Below are positions 48,724 through 61,400 of a stretch of 64,000 nt of DNA, piece after piece. Where the stretch lies: positions 11,503,654 to 11,567,653 of the forward strand of contig CM082577.2 in the NCBI GenBank assembly GCA_040954595.2, given 5' to 3'. Source of the DNA: Balanoglossus misakiensis. Its lineage: Eukaryota; Animalia; Hemichordata. The translations under genes and the position numbers were made by a program. The stretch's first letter is position 1. Each line of letters begins with the position of its first letter. The notes beneath the pieces are model-generated. The model did no database searches. It was not told where the DNA came from and saw only the letters and a list, made by a program, of their open reading frames with translations.

Positions 48724-50738
48724 ATGGCTAGTATCCCAACACTCCTACTGGTGTTGTGTACCATTATCTACCAACAGCGCTTCGAGTCTGTTGTAGGGCA
48801 GTCAACTGTCAGGGGAGAATATCGGTGCCTAGACCGACGCCATGATTGCTACAAGGACGACTCGTGTTCGTACACTTTCACTTTACCTCGGACGGATGGA
48901 CAGGAGTGTCCAGCACTTCGCGATGCTATCCTAGATGTACAAGCACTGAAGAGAGAGAATGAGGAGTTAAAACTTGTCAGTGACGAGCAGCGGGGTTTGA
49001 TTGAAAGGCAACAACGACTAATGGAGGAACTGAACGAAACGTTGGCAGAGTTGAAGAGTGACCTCACTTCAGGTAGCTGAGCTGTAATTTATTAAAACAT
49101 ACTTTAAACGATTAAGATAAATTTCATTATCTTAAGATACTAAACAGCTAAGCTGTATGTCTAGATGTTCCCAAACTAAGGAATGCAGTTTATTCATGGC
49201 AGATTATTATACTATTCATGTGCATTGGCCATTTCGGGATGACACATAAATAGTGACGTGTTGCATTCTTTAACGGTGGTGCATTCAAGACTGCTGAACT
49301 CGTGTCCCCCAACATTCGTCACTCGCCTCACCATCTTCAAGCAAAATTTTAAGTCATATTTCTTTTCCAACTCGTATTATTTGCATTGTTTAGATGAATT
49401 CTTAGCCTCCCAACAAACATCGCTAATAGATATTATCACATTCTAATTGAATTTTTCCAAAATAATTTCTGTAGTATCTTTACGGTGGAAAATCACAGCC
49501 TCTTATTATTTATATTGAATTAACCATACGTATTCAAATGTTAATGCCAATCAACGAATACAACATTTCTTTATTTTGTCCTGTCAAATGCAATCACTGA
49601 AGTTAAGTTAACACAATCATACTCTTTTTTGTTTTATACAGGCACATGTCTTGCAGTTAACAAAGACTTTTTGAAGTTTGAAAGCCGTCTAAATCTGACT
49701 GTGGTTACATCAGAAATCACACAAACAAGTGTCATAAAAGGTTTGCATGCTTTCAACTCGGGCGGTAAGACATATCTACAGGTCGCCACACCTGAGGAAT
49801 TGTACATTTACATGTTCTCGAGTGATCACGAAGCATTGGAAAAAATACAAACAGTAAAAATAGAGATTGGTTGGGCAACAAATCCCCCTTGGACCGGCCC
49901 AGATTCCTTTCAAATGGATGAGCAACATTATGTTATCGACAGCGCACAGCAGCAGGCAAGAAGTAATCATGTTTACTGGTGGAACGGAACACATTTCACT
50001 GAAGTTGACATTATCCAATTTCTCGGCCTTACCTGGAAGACTGAAATAAGCATGGCATGGTCGTTTGTACAAAGTAAGACATATGGAGTGACCTTTCTGG
50101 CTAACGCCTTTTCTAGTCCTTCAGAATTAGCAGAAAATGATAACATAATTGTTTATATTTTGAATGGCAGTCATTTCCAGTATTTTCAGGAAATCAACAC
50201 AGGTATGAATACGGGAGACCTTGATTTTTTTCAACCCAACAACCAAGATATCTATCTTTGTCTCGGTGCCACGTTCAGCCCGGGAGATTATACATCGTTC
50301 GTTTACAAGTATAATGCCTCGATTTCCCAGTTTGTTCACCATCAAAGTTTACCTGTGCAGGGTGCAACAGAAGACATGTTAATTTTTGACATCCGTGATA
50401 AGATATTCTTATTGCAAACAATGTACGAGTCGACTACTTATACGAGTTTCTCTCTTCTGTATACATGGAACACAACAACTTCTTCCTTTGAAGTTCGTCA
50501 GAAAATAATTAATGAAATTGGAGGACAGGCGTGCTACGTCGAGTACTGTGATCAACACTTCTTAGTGATTGTGAGCTCATTCGTCGGTTTCACCGTGTAC
50601 AAGTTGCGGGGCGACTATTTTCATGAGCATCAAGTCTTTCACACGTTTCAAGTTACGTTAATGTACAAGTGTGACGTCTTCCGTGTAGATGGTGTTCAGT
50701 ATTTGGCTGTCAATGAGATGACATACGTTCTGGTGTAA
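48724..50738 (+). CDS. Secreted angiopoietin-like-stalk / EPTP(EAR)-repeat beta-propeller protein, copy B, 481 aa, 2 coding exons
   Basis: Exons 48724-49072 and 49642-50738 (phase 1), total 1446 nt open. Paralog of 40781-42758. Confidence 0.85.
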
Positions 50739-50909
50739 ATCTGTTTATGATAAGCCATCATCGTTAATTTCTCGGTCGTCTGCAATTAGATTACAATGTA
50801 TAAGATCGTGATATAGCGTGGAATCTAAAAACGAGAAAAAGTAGATACATTTGTCAATGTGCAACGGTGTAAACGTTAACTTGTTATGATATGTTGGTCG
50901 TAGCAACTA

Positions 50910-51800
50910 TAATGAATTTTCGAAGATCACTACAAAGACCTTGCCTATGTTATACAGATTATTTTTAATTGTAAGTTCCTTCTCGTTTATTTAATTTTGT
51001 TTTCAATGTATTTAGTAAGGTGCTTGGAATATTGGACAATGTATTTATGCTTTATGTAATTTTATGTTATGAAACAGGTGAATATATATTACCTGAAATC
51101 ATGTTTAATCTTTGATATTAGGCAACACTTTCAGCTCAGCTAATATTTCAGGAATCGATTTGAAAATCCTCTGAGGAACAATAAGTAAAGAAAGTTTTGC
51201 AACTATACTGAAGTTTAGAAGATCACTGCAAAGACCTTGCCTATGTCATACAGAAAATGTTCAATTGTAAGTCCTTTATGTTTTATTTAATTTTGTTTTC
51301 AATATATTTAGTACCGTGTTTGTAATATAGGGCAATATATTAACTAAGTGTTTATGCTTTATGTAATTGTATGTTATGAAACAGGTGAATATATTACCTG
51401 AACAGAAATCTTTGATATTAGGCAACACTTTCAGCTCGACTTATATTTCATGAATCGATTTTAAAATCCTCTATAAAGTTTTGCAACAATACTGCAGTTT
51501 AGAAGATGACTGCAAAGACCTTGCTTATGTTATACAGAATATTTTCAATTGTAAGTCGTCTATCTTTTATTTAATTTCATGATTTTGTTTTCAATATATT
51601 TAGTACCGTGTTTGTGTAATATAGGGCAATATATTAACTGGGTATTTATGCTTTATGTAATTTTATGTTATGAAACAGGTGAATATATTACCTGAAATCA
51701 TGTTTAATCTTTGATATTAGGCAACACATTCAGCTCAGCTAATATTTCAGGAATCGATTTTAAAATCCTCTGAGTAACAAAAAGTAAATAAAGTTTTGCA
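50910..51800 (+). repeat. About 290-bp tandem repeat, 3 copies, downstream of EPTP gene B (2 copies in unit A from ~42900)
   Basis: Close variants of gaagatcactgcaaagaccttgc recur at ~50922, ~51218 and ~51502, and at ~42911 and ~43192 in unit A. Confidence 0.85.
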
Positions 51801-52212
51801 AATTCTAAATTGAACTTGTTGTTCGCATTTGTAAACTGCGTCGGTATGAACTACTCGATAACTAGATGTAATTCTTCTTGTTTGACATTGCGATAATTGC
51901 TGACGTCACCCCATATCAGAAAAGCTCCTCGAAAGTGAAGCACTGTGATAGCACGGAAGGAGACAATATATATATATATATTAAATGTACACGGATTGTT
52001 TCTTTTGAACGAATATGATGGTGTATGCACTTGACTATCTCGTTTCTCGCATTGATGTATTACATACAGATAGATAGAATGACTGACTACCAGAATAGTT
52101 ATCGACTCTTGAAATAGGTGATTGAGTGCTTTATTTTGTTCATATTTCTATGTAAAGCTACAATCAGAGGTTGATAATATGTTTGGCTTTACCAATCGTT
52201 TAGCTCATTTAA

Positions 52213-52524
52213 AGCGGGTAGCTCGTCTCACACGCATGCGCGTAACTTCCGAGCAAATTTTCCGTTCGATGCATTCAAATAGTGGACTGCCTTCGCTTCC
52301 TTCCATATATTAAATTATTTCATGCGCACCGTATAAGTAGATTCTGGTTTTGTCCCTCCTTTTCACCCAAGCTAGTGTCTTTTCCCGATCTCCGACACAG
52401 ATTATAATCGCCGCCATCTTCTCTGTTGTTAGGACAGAGCACTGCCTTATGGGATTGACTGTTCACTAAACGTCTGTAGCCAGCGGCTACAGTTGGAACT
52501 TGCGTGTGAGACGAGCTACCCGCT
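52213..52524. mobile_element. 312-bp TTAA-flanked MITE with 24-bp perfect TIRs
   Basis: TTAA|agcgggtagctcgtctcacacgca ... tgcgtgtgagacgagctacccgct|TTAA. Empty sites at 36287-36290 and 44813-44816. Confidence 0.92.
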
Positions 52525-53649
52525 TTAAATGGACCATTCTGAGTTTGAAAAAAAAATAATGAAAACAACTCAAACATGTCTATTTTCTGTTTGGCACAAG
52601 ATGAGGTTATATTGCCCTAGTTAAACAGAGATATTTTTTGCAGGGGGTATTAGAAAGGGTGTTAAATTCCATTTGCCAACATCAAAGTAATGCGACTCGC
52701 TTATATAAGAACCTAGGTTACTGTAGCGATCAACTTGAATAGGCAGGCCTGTGGCAAACTTTTAACACCCCCTTTTAACCCCATGGTACTGTGAAAGCAG
52801 CATTCGTCACGGCTTTCTATAACCTAAGGACGGCGGGGAAAAGAATGCGTTCAAAATGGTATGGCTATCGGTGACAGATTTTCAGACAAAATGATAGTGC
52901 CCAAACTTTCAAAGTCTTTGCTGTTTAAAATGTGTTGCGTGTGATTTCGGAAAGTCAGATAAGCTCCTCGAAAGTGAAGCACTGGTATCGCAAGGAAGCG
53001 GAGGAAACCGAATTTATTTTCCTTCCGATATGAAAAACAGTAAAGTAGCACCGTTTAGGGATAAGGTAAGTTGGACCATGGGTTTGAAAATTAGAATTGC
53101 AGTCGCACTCAATATGCTGATAATGAATGCGTGACATGAATGTTTGATATCAGATTTTTCGCCATGGTAAACATACAGCAGTCATCGGCTTTAAGACTAC
53201 GTCGATCTGATGGTAAAATCCAAACTTGAGAAAATATTAGTAATGAATGTGCTGTATCCGTGAGGAAATGTTAATAGTTCAGTCAAAATAGTTGCCGAAT
53301 GAATTTAACAGGTAACATCCACCAAATTCAGCTAGGTGTGGCAAAATAGTCCTCGACGAGAAATTTCAAACATATCTTAATGAGATGAAGTCGCTCTTTT
53401 TGAACTTTTTTTCCATAAATTTTGTTTCATTAGAAAAGTCGTTTCTCTCTTTTGTTGCAAGCCGGTCTTACTAAATCAAATCTCATAAAAGAGCGACTTG
53501 AATGAGTCTTTCTGGTTGTTTCAGTAGGTTTTAAGGTACCAGCGGTGAGTCCGGTTTAGGTTTTCTCAGGCTTGTTTTGTGTTTTGTAATGGTGGATTGG
53601 GGGAGAGGGAGGGGGAGGGAGATAGATAGAGAGAGAGAGATTGAGATTT

Positions 53650-53890
53650 AAAAGAACCTAGCGCTTGCTGCGTCAAATAAGATTTTTTTCACTTTGGCTT
53701 TAGGTTATAGCAAGTCGACAAGGAATTCTTGTTTTCATGGTGTCACGATGTTTAAAAGGTGTTAAAATTTGCCACCGGGCTTCTTACTCAAGCTGCTCGC
53801 TTCTGGACCCTCCGATGGTCTTATATTAGCGAGCCGCGTTATCTCGAAGTTTGCAATTGAAATTTTAATACACTTTCTAATACACCCCCC
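53650..53890 (-). repeat. Inverted, diverged copy of the repeat found at the start of each duplication unit
   Basis: Reverse complement of ggggtattagaaag...taatgcggctcgctaatataag...gtggcaaacttttaacacc...ataacctaag (36405-36600). Confidence 0.65.
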
Positions 53891-54397
53891 CCCCCACCCG
53901 TAAGTCTCTTTTAAGTGTTTAAACCGTTTCTAGTATGCTGTATTCTATTTCCAACGACCTGCAGATACGCCGGTGAAAATTTGCGATCACTTCTTACTAC
54001 ACCCTCTGAATTTCTCTGGCAGTCATTAATAATACAAAGAACTACCTTCAATGAACCATACAAAACTCCCGAAAACAACATTTTCCCTCTCAAATACTAA
54101 ACAATAGGCTTGCCATGTGGGCTTTGACAGAGGCTATTGGGACATGTTAAGCAGATAGCGACTGGGCTTATTTGGTCATCTTATAACATTGTATACGAGT
54201 GCCCTTTCAATCGAAGCATTTTATTTAATCTGATGATTATTAGAAACGCTTAATACTGAATACTTCGTCGAAAATGAGTAGCCCCTAGACAGAATTGACG
54301 AAAACTGGGGTTAACATTGCAACTCGTCTGTGTTGCAATAAAAGTACGAACACATATGCCAATACTCACCAATGTGGTTAACGATTAAGATGCCAAC

Positions 54398-54584
<187 letters not shown>

Positions 54585-54611
54585 TACAGTAAGATTGATT
54601 CAATTCTTTAG

Positions 54612-54705
54612 ACAGATGCAGAGAAAAATAAAGCAAGAAGAGTTTCCATCGGGATATTTATTGCAACGACAGGATTATTCCTCGTGGGAGCTGGTCTGTT
54701 TATCG
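54612..54705 (+). CDS. Type II signal-anchor exon of pentraxin gene B
   Basis: Acceptor at 54611 (or 54615), donor g|gtatg at 54706. Encodes [30 protein letters not shown]: basic residues followed by a hydrophobic helix. Missed by the ORF track. The upstream start exon was not resolved. Confidence 0.65.
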
Positions 54706-55337
54706 GTATGCTTATTTTTATTCTTAAAGTGGTAGATGAACGTTCATGAAAGTGGAGGTTAACCGCAGGTGTTGTCAATAAAATAATTTTGGGTTAGAAA
54801 GAAACAGTTACGACATGCATGCATAACAATACATTACAGGATGATCCACAATAGATAAAAGTCAAGAAAGAGTATTGCTCCAATTAAATCTTCACTGTCA
54901 GCAAAATCAATGAATTAATTATGTGGGGGAGAATAATTTGAAGCCCACGTGCAAGTGCGAGTGCAAAGATTTTGTAGTCGATATTCAAAAGACTGATTGG
55001 TCCTCAGTTGTTTATCAGCTGGCGGTTGTACATGTCTTTTTTGTGTAATAGACGAATGCTTGCACGACACTGAGAGGTAGATAGTTTTTACCAGCTTGCA
55101 AACCTTCCACTAGAGAATCATACACAAAGGGGGCCAACATACTTCCAACATCTTTTGTAAACTCAACAGGCAGTCCATCATGTTTTTTTTTGCATTTTAA
55201 ATGTTAAACGGCTTTGGTGCTATGCAAATATTCCAGTGTCCTTTCGCTGCAGTATCAGTGTCAGTGCTCTCCTGTACAGAATCTGGTGCAGACAGACAGG
55301 ATAACCTAATCATTCTACGTGCGTTGTTATTTTCAAG

Positions 55338-55460
55338 GCGGTTTGGCCAAGGCTGTGAATTTTATGTCTGACAACACACAAGAACAGACATCAACGGAGA
55401 ATGCTACTACTGTTACTGTTGATACAACACTGGCAAGGACATTGCAGCCAACAGTTCGAG
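55338..55460 (+). CDS. Thr-rich stalk exon of pentraxin gene B
   Basis: 123-bp phase 1-1 exon encoding GLAKAVNFMSDNTQEQTSTENATTVTVDTTLARTLQPTVR. Confidence 0.75.
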
Positions 55461-55874
55461 GTAAACTCCAACAAAAGACAGAACGATTCGGTGCTGATGA
55501 CTTTTTCTCTTTACGCTTTGTCCATGTGTGCCACATTTCCAACTTTATGAGTAACCCTGAAAATATGAGTATTGTTTTCCATCAAAGGGGAAGTTACACA
55601 TAGTGTCGTTTCCAATATTCACTCTCAGTGTGTGTGTGTGTGGGGGGGGGGGGGTGTTTTCGTCATGTACTGTTGAGGCGTTTGACAAGAAAACAAAATC
55701 AAGAAAAGGATGACACCAAGACAATTGGTACTCGAATTTCAACCACGACGTATCCAGCGATTTTGCAAAGTAGGGTATAATTAATAGAAGACGCCTTTCG
55801 TGCTCCAAATCGTGTTGTCTGTACTTCTACTTAAAATTATTGCTTTAAAATCTGTAATCATGTTATCTTATTAG

Positions 55875-56303
55875 AATTGGTTCGAGTGCGAGCTTCAAAC
55901 ATCGACCCGTTGCGAATCAATGGGAGTTTTGACGTTGTCATGGGCGAAACCAACAAGTTTCTTCTGTCGCTGCTACTGGCTACAGCAAGCAGCAACACAG
56001 GATTCATATCGGGTCAAGCGAAGGATCTGTTCAAAGTTGAGCTGTTCGTCTCCGCTTCGAGCAAAGCTAACAACGCCAATGGTGACAGGTACGAAGCGAA
56101 TATTACGTCCGGTGAAATAACCCTCCAATCGAGCACAGTTGTCGCGATCGCAGCCGCCGAAAATATTGACCTCTCATCCGGGACCTGTGCTAACTTCTCT
56201 TACATCTGCGCCGAGGTGTCGCCGGCAGAACATTCTGGCTGGATTTGGGACGGGTCGGTTAGTCTCCTTGGCCCCGCGTGTCAGCCTTTTCGTTCTTGTG
56301 GAA
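55875..56303 (+). CDS. About 143-aa extracellular beta-rich, 4-Cys domain exon of pentraxin gene B (tentatively ARIS-like)
   Basis: 429-bp phase 1-1 exon (ttattag ... a|gtaagt), GC-rich coding-like composition. LFKVELFVS...GDRY...DLSSGTCANFSYICAEV...CQPFRSC. The family label is from memory and unverified. Confidence 0.75.
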
Positions 56304-56504
56304 GTAAGTATTAGTGCGTGTCTGTAGATTATCAGAAATATGCATCATTGGAAAAAATATACTTTGCAGCAGACAAAGCGTAGCTTCATTTTTATCTCAT
56401 TTCAAATCTGCTTTGAAATAACTTCTATTGGCTGACAGTATAACCAAAAACATTCAAAACAATGAAGATTTAACTAATGTTCCAGTAGGTACAATATACA
56501 CTAT

Positions 56505-57020
56505 GAGGTAGGTGCCTTTAATCAGAATTTTGGTAAGACAGGTTTGAGAAGTCCATTCTATGTAAAAAAAAAATACACTAATTCTAAAAAAGCAGTCTTA
56601 TTGGCCCAACTCAGGACAAAATTGCCGTTTTGTCAAAGTTTTTGCCCCAAAAGGGCCATTTTTAGAAAACATTAAAACAATTTTTTTTTATATTCCGGGA
56701 TCTGATGATGTTTGATAAAATTTGATGGAAATTCCAAGAGAGATGAGAGACTGATTGACCCCACAAAAGACAAAATTGCCTTTTTGACCGCTTTTGCTCA
56801 AAAAAGCCATTTTAGACCAGATTTAAAACAAAACTGTTTTCTTCATATTTGGTAAGCTGATGATATATGGAAAGTCAATTCTACGTTAAAGTGGTGACTC
56901 TTACAACTACAACAGTCTTTTTGACCCCGCTCGATACAAAAATGCCATTTTGGCAACTTTTTGCCAAAAGTGTCATTTTAAGAAAATATTAAAAACATAC
57001 TGTAATCTTCACTTTGGTAA
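56505..57020 (+). repeat. Diverged relative of the foldback subrepeat array (9630-10350)
   Basis: taggtgccttta...ttggtaag...gaagtccattctatgtaaaaaa and gatatatggaaagtcaattcta match the left arm of 9011-13015. Confidence 0.75.
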
Positions 57021-57309
57021 TCTAAAGATAAATAAAAAGAAACCTTGCCGAATAATTATTTGAAATCGGATATATGTATTTTTTAAATCTTGCGCACAGA
57101 GTTGTCCCATATACCTCGGCCTTAAAAGAATAATCCTCAAATGTTAATACAAGTTGTATATACAAATTGACTACGCGATTAAAAATTAATATTTTGCACT
57201 CCTTCAGGCCAATACTACTCTATACGATGGCAGATATATTTGTGTTGTCGATTCTGTGAACATTATTGTAACGAATATAAAAAATACCAGTAATAGTTAC
57301 AATGCCTTT

Positions 57310-58355
57310 TAGTGGGGCAGTTAACCAAAAAATCGTGCACTTTGGGTTAAAGGCATGAAACTTGGTAGACGTATGCATTGACCCATGGCGGCCATTTTCT
57401 GATATGGATCCAAAATGACAGCGCCCTCTAGTGGCCAGAAACAGACATTCATACTTTTTAATCGTGCACTCCGGGTTAAAAGCATGAAACTTGGTACAAT
57501 TATTCATTGACCCATAACGGACATTTTCCAATATGGATCCCAAAAGACAGCGCCCTCTAGTGGCCAGAAAGTGACATTCACACTTTTTCCCCCATTAATG
57601 GCACTGTTTGGTCAATTGTAAGACTCAGAAACAGGAATGTGGGTTGTAAAACATGCTTGCTACCATACATTGATGTGTATTGATGTGTATATTATCCTAA
57701 TCCTGATGTACATGTATCAGATCAATCTTGATGACAGAAACAAAGAGCAGTGCTGTCAGACTAGACCTAAAGCACCTACAGAAACATGTGCATGACTTTG
57801 TGCAACTGATTTCCTGAGGTTGACTCTTTTCTTGGGCTTGACTAAGAGTTGTCCACTTTGATTTCCACTGGGATTCTGTTGGTTTGATATAGCTTTGCTA
57901 GGTTTCTCATAGCACATGTACTTTAAGAGCAACATGTGAAGAAGGAATATTCTCAAGAACCTTGACTTTCTGGAGAAGAGGTGTTGTCTTACCCCTTTGC
58001 ATGACTTAGTGTATTCAACTGGTTCTGTTATTTCGAAGAACAAATCGTTCAATTAGTAACATACAAGATTGATCTGATACATGTACATCAGGATTAGGAT
58101 AATATTAAAAGGAATGTATGGCAGCAAGCATGTTTTACAACCCACATTTCTGTCTCTGAGTGTTAAACTTGCCCAAAAAGTGTCATTAATGGGGGAAAAG
58201 TGTAAATGTCTGTTTCTGGCCGCTAGAGGGCGCTGTCGTTTTGGATCCATATCAGAAAATGGCCGCCATGGGTCAATGCATAAGTGTACCAAGTTTCATG
58301 CTTTTAACCCTAAGTGCACAATTATGCCAAAATTTGGGGTTTAGCTCCTGCACTA
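57310..58355. mobile_element. Palindromic non-autonomous element with long imperfect inverted arms
   Basis: ~57336-57730 versus ~58060-58320 are inverted (gcatgaaacttggta / taccaagtttcatgc; cagcgccctctag / ctagagggcgctg). About 120-bp internal tandem duplication in the left arm. Confidence 0.8.
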
Positions 58356-58426
58356 TTTTTTAATTTAAATTTAAACCAATCGAACTTGCATTTTATGACA
58401 AACTTTTCTGTCTTTCCGTCTTTCAG

Positions 58427-59023
58427 CTAAGAGAAATACTCTTGAATTACTTTCAACTCAAACGGATGTTGCTGTTCAAATCGATGTCCCTGATTTGACA
58501 AATGTGACTGCATGTCTCTGGGTCAAAGCTGTTTCGCCAAAAGCAACGGCAACATTGGTTTCTTACTGTGTCAGCCTTTCCAACTGTAACGAGTTCGTCT
58601 TGTATGGTACAACCTCTCTCAAACTTTACGTCAAAGAGGAAGGCGCTCGGACAGGATTGGGGGTAGATGATGGCGCTTGGCATCATATGTGCGTGACATG
58701 GTCCTCAAGTGGTGGAAACTGGGCAAGTTACCATAATGGTGACTTGTATCTGACTGGAGATGGTTTAGCGTCTGGTGAGACTATAAGAACTAATGGGACA
58801 TTGGTGTTAGGTCAAGAACAGGATGACCGGAGGGGTGGATATAACGAGTCACAAGCATTTGTTGGCAGCATCACTCAATTCAACATGTGGTCCAGAGTCT
58901 TAACAGATGGGGAAGTTGCCATGGTAGCACAAGACTGCTCAATTGGAGGAGATGTCTTTACTTGGAATACTGCTTCTCTCTACATGTCAGCTAATGCAGA
59001 GCTGGGAAATAGCAATGTTTGCT
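58427..59023 (+). CDS. Pentraxin domain exon B1
   Basis: 597-bp phase 1-1 exon with HHMCVTWSS and LGQEQD motifs. Confidence 0.92.
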
Positions 59024-59132
59024 GTAAGTTATGTCTTAAGATATGATGAAAAAATGATGAACCCAACTATATAGAATATTACAGTATAGTATTTGGTGCC
59101 ATCAAGAGAGGCATTGTTCATATCGATTGCAC

Positions 59133-59202
59133 GTCTTTGCTTGGAATACTGCTTCTCTCTACATGTCAGCTAATGCAGAGCTGGGAAAGAGTGATGTTTG
59201 TG
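59133..59202 (+). pseudogene. 3' remnant of a deleted pentraxin exon
   Basis: Encodes VFAWNTASLYMSANAELGKSDVC followed by gtaag, with no acceptor. Confidence 0.85.
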
Positions 59203-59368
59203 GTAAGTTTCATTTAGAGTTCAACCATTTGATGCCCCAAACATAAAAGAATAACACGAAAATACTATAGTACTTAAAATGCCTGTTTAAAAATTAAACC
59301 AATCCAAATATCATAACTATAATGGATTTACATTTTATAACAAACTTGTCTGTCTTTCCACGTTTCAG

Positions 59369-59965
59369 CTAAGGGTAACACTCTTGAATTACTTTCAACT
59401 CAAACGGATGTTGCTGTTCAAATCAATGTCCCTGATTTGACAGCTGTGACTGCGTGTCTCTGGGCCAAAGCTGATTCGCCAAAAGAAAATGCAACATTGG
59501 TTTCTTACTGTGTCAGCCGATCTAGCTGCAACGAGTTTCTCTTGTATGGTACAACCTCTCTGAAACTTCACGTCAAACAGAAAAGCGCCAAGACAGGATT
59601 GGGGGTAGATGATGGCGCGTGGCATCATATGTGCGTGACATGGTCCTCAAGTGGTGGAAACTGGGCAAGTTACCATGATGGTGAATTGTTAAGCAGCGGT
59701 CAAGGTTTAGTGTCTGGTCAGAACATCAGAACAGGTGGGACATTGGTGTTAGGTCAAGACCAAGATGACCGGAGAGGTGGATATGACGAATCACAGGCAT
59801 TTGTTGGCAGCTTCACTCAATTCAATATGTGGTCCAGAGTTTTGACAGATGTGGAAGTTGCGATGGTGGCACAAGACTGCTCAATTGGAGGAGATATCTT
59901 TGCTTGGAATACTGCTTCTCTCTACATGTCAGCAAATGCGTATCTTGGAAAGAGCCGTGTTTGCT
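59369..59965 (+). CDS. Pentraxin domain exon B2
   Basis: 597-bp phase 1-1 exon with the GQDQD variant of the motif. Confidence 0.92.
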
Positions 59966-60137
59966 GTAAGTTATGTTTTTAATTAGAGTTGAACCTCTTG
60001 ATCCCCTAAACATATGAGAATAATACGAAAATACTAGTAGTTCAAAATTGCCTGTCTTAACTTTAAATCAATCCAAACCTCACAGCTATAATGACTTCGC
60101 ATTTTATAACAAACTTTTCTATCTTTCCATCTTTCAG

Positions 60138-60734
60138 CTAAGGGAAACACTCTTGAATTACTTTCAACTCAAACGGATGTTGCTGTTCAAATCAATGTCC
60201 CTGATTTGACAGCTGTGACTGCGTGTCTCTGGGTCAAAGCTGTTTCGCCAAAAGAAACGGCAGCATTGGTTTCTTACTGTGTCATCCAGTCCAGCTGTAA
60301 CGAGTTCCTCTTGTATGGTACAACCCATATGGACATTCATGTCAAAGAGAAGAGCGTTAAGACAGAATTGGGTGTAGATGATGGTGCCTGGCATCATATG
60401 TGTGTAACATGGTCCTCAAGTGGTGGAAAGTGGGCAAGTTACCATAATGGTGACTTCTATCAGAGTGGAGATGGTTTAGCGTCTAGTGAGACTATAGAAA
60501 CTGGTGGGACATTGGTGTTAGGTCAAGAACAGGATGACCGGAGGGGTGGATATGTTGAGTCACAAGCATTTGTTGGCAGTATCACTCAATTCAACATGTG
60601 GTCCAGAGTCTTAACAGATGGGCAAGTTGCGATGGTTGCACAAGACTGCTCAATTGGAGGAGATGTCTTTACTTGGAATACTGCTTCTCTCTACATATCA
60701 GCTAATGCGGATCTTGGAAAGAGCGATGTTTGTT
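60138..60734 (+). CDS. Pentraxin domain exon B3
   Basis: 597-bp phase 1-1 exon, open. Confidence 0.92.
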
Positions 60735-60768
60735 GTAAGTTTATGTTTTAATTAGAGTTCAACCACTT

Positions 60769-61017
60769 GACTAAACTGGCGAAAACGCAAGGGGGAAGAC
60801 GTGGTTATATGCAGGTACACAGGTGGTGGAATGCTGTTTGGGGTGGGCAGTTTTGCATAACAATGTGTAGTTGGCGATGTGAATGTGTTGTGTGGGGTGT
60901 GTTACGCAACAATTAAATCTAGAAACCCTGTTACATTCCACAAACATTACACCACCTGTGTACCTGCATATAACCAGTCTTCCTCCCCCCCCCCCTTGCA
61001 TATTCGCCAGTTTAGTC
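60769..61017. mobile_element. About 250-bp MITE
   Basis: TIR gactaaactggcga / tcgccagtttagtc and inner inverted repeat ggttatatgcaggtacacaggtggt / accacctgtgtacctgcatataacc. Confidence 0.8.
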
Positions 61018-61161
61018 TCCTGATGAGCGAGTCCAGTGACTCATGAAACAACGTTGAAGAGATTATACCGCCAAAGTTTTCTCCAACTACCCTTACTACA
61101 TATTCTACTCTACTTTTGTATTGAGCACTTTGTATACGACCAGTCAAATCGCATACTTTGG

Positions 61162-61313
61162 ACATACATACATACATACATACATACATACATACATACA
61201 TACATACATACATACATACATACATACATACATACATACATACATACATACATACATACATACATACATACATACATACATACATACATACATACATACA
61301 TACATACATACAT

Positions 61314-61360
<47 letters not shown>

Positions 61361-61363
61361 TAC
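61162..61363. repeat. (TACA)n/(CA)n microsatellite
   Basis: Directly visible; same position in the gene as 2418-2517. Confidence 0.97.
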
Positions 61364-61400
61364 AATTGTAGTTTTAACATCCCTTTTTCTTGCCTTACAG

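Larger units (their letters stand above)
35992..53135 (+). repeat. Tandem segmental duplication: unit A ~35992-44495, unit B ~44496-51879, partial unit C ~51880-53135
   Basis: Each unit starts with a close variant of gtttgacatcgcgataattgccgacgtca. ORF-track translations recur pairwise (36755/45285, 38018/46546, 40320/48263, 40781/48724, 41676/49629). Confidence 0.93.
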
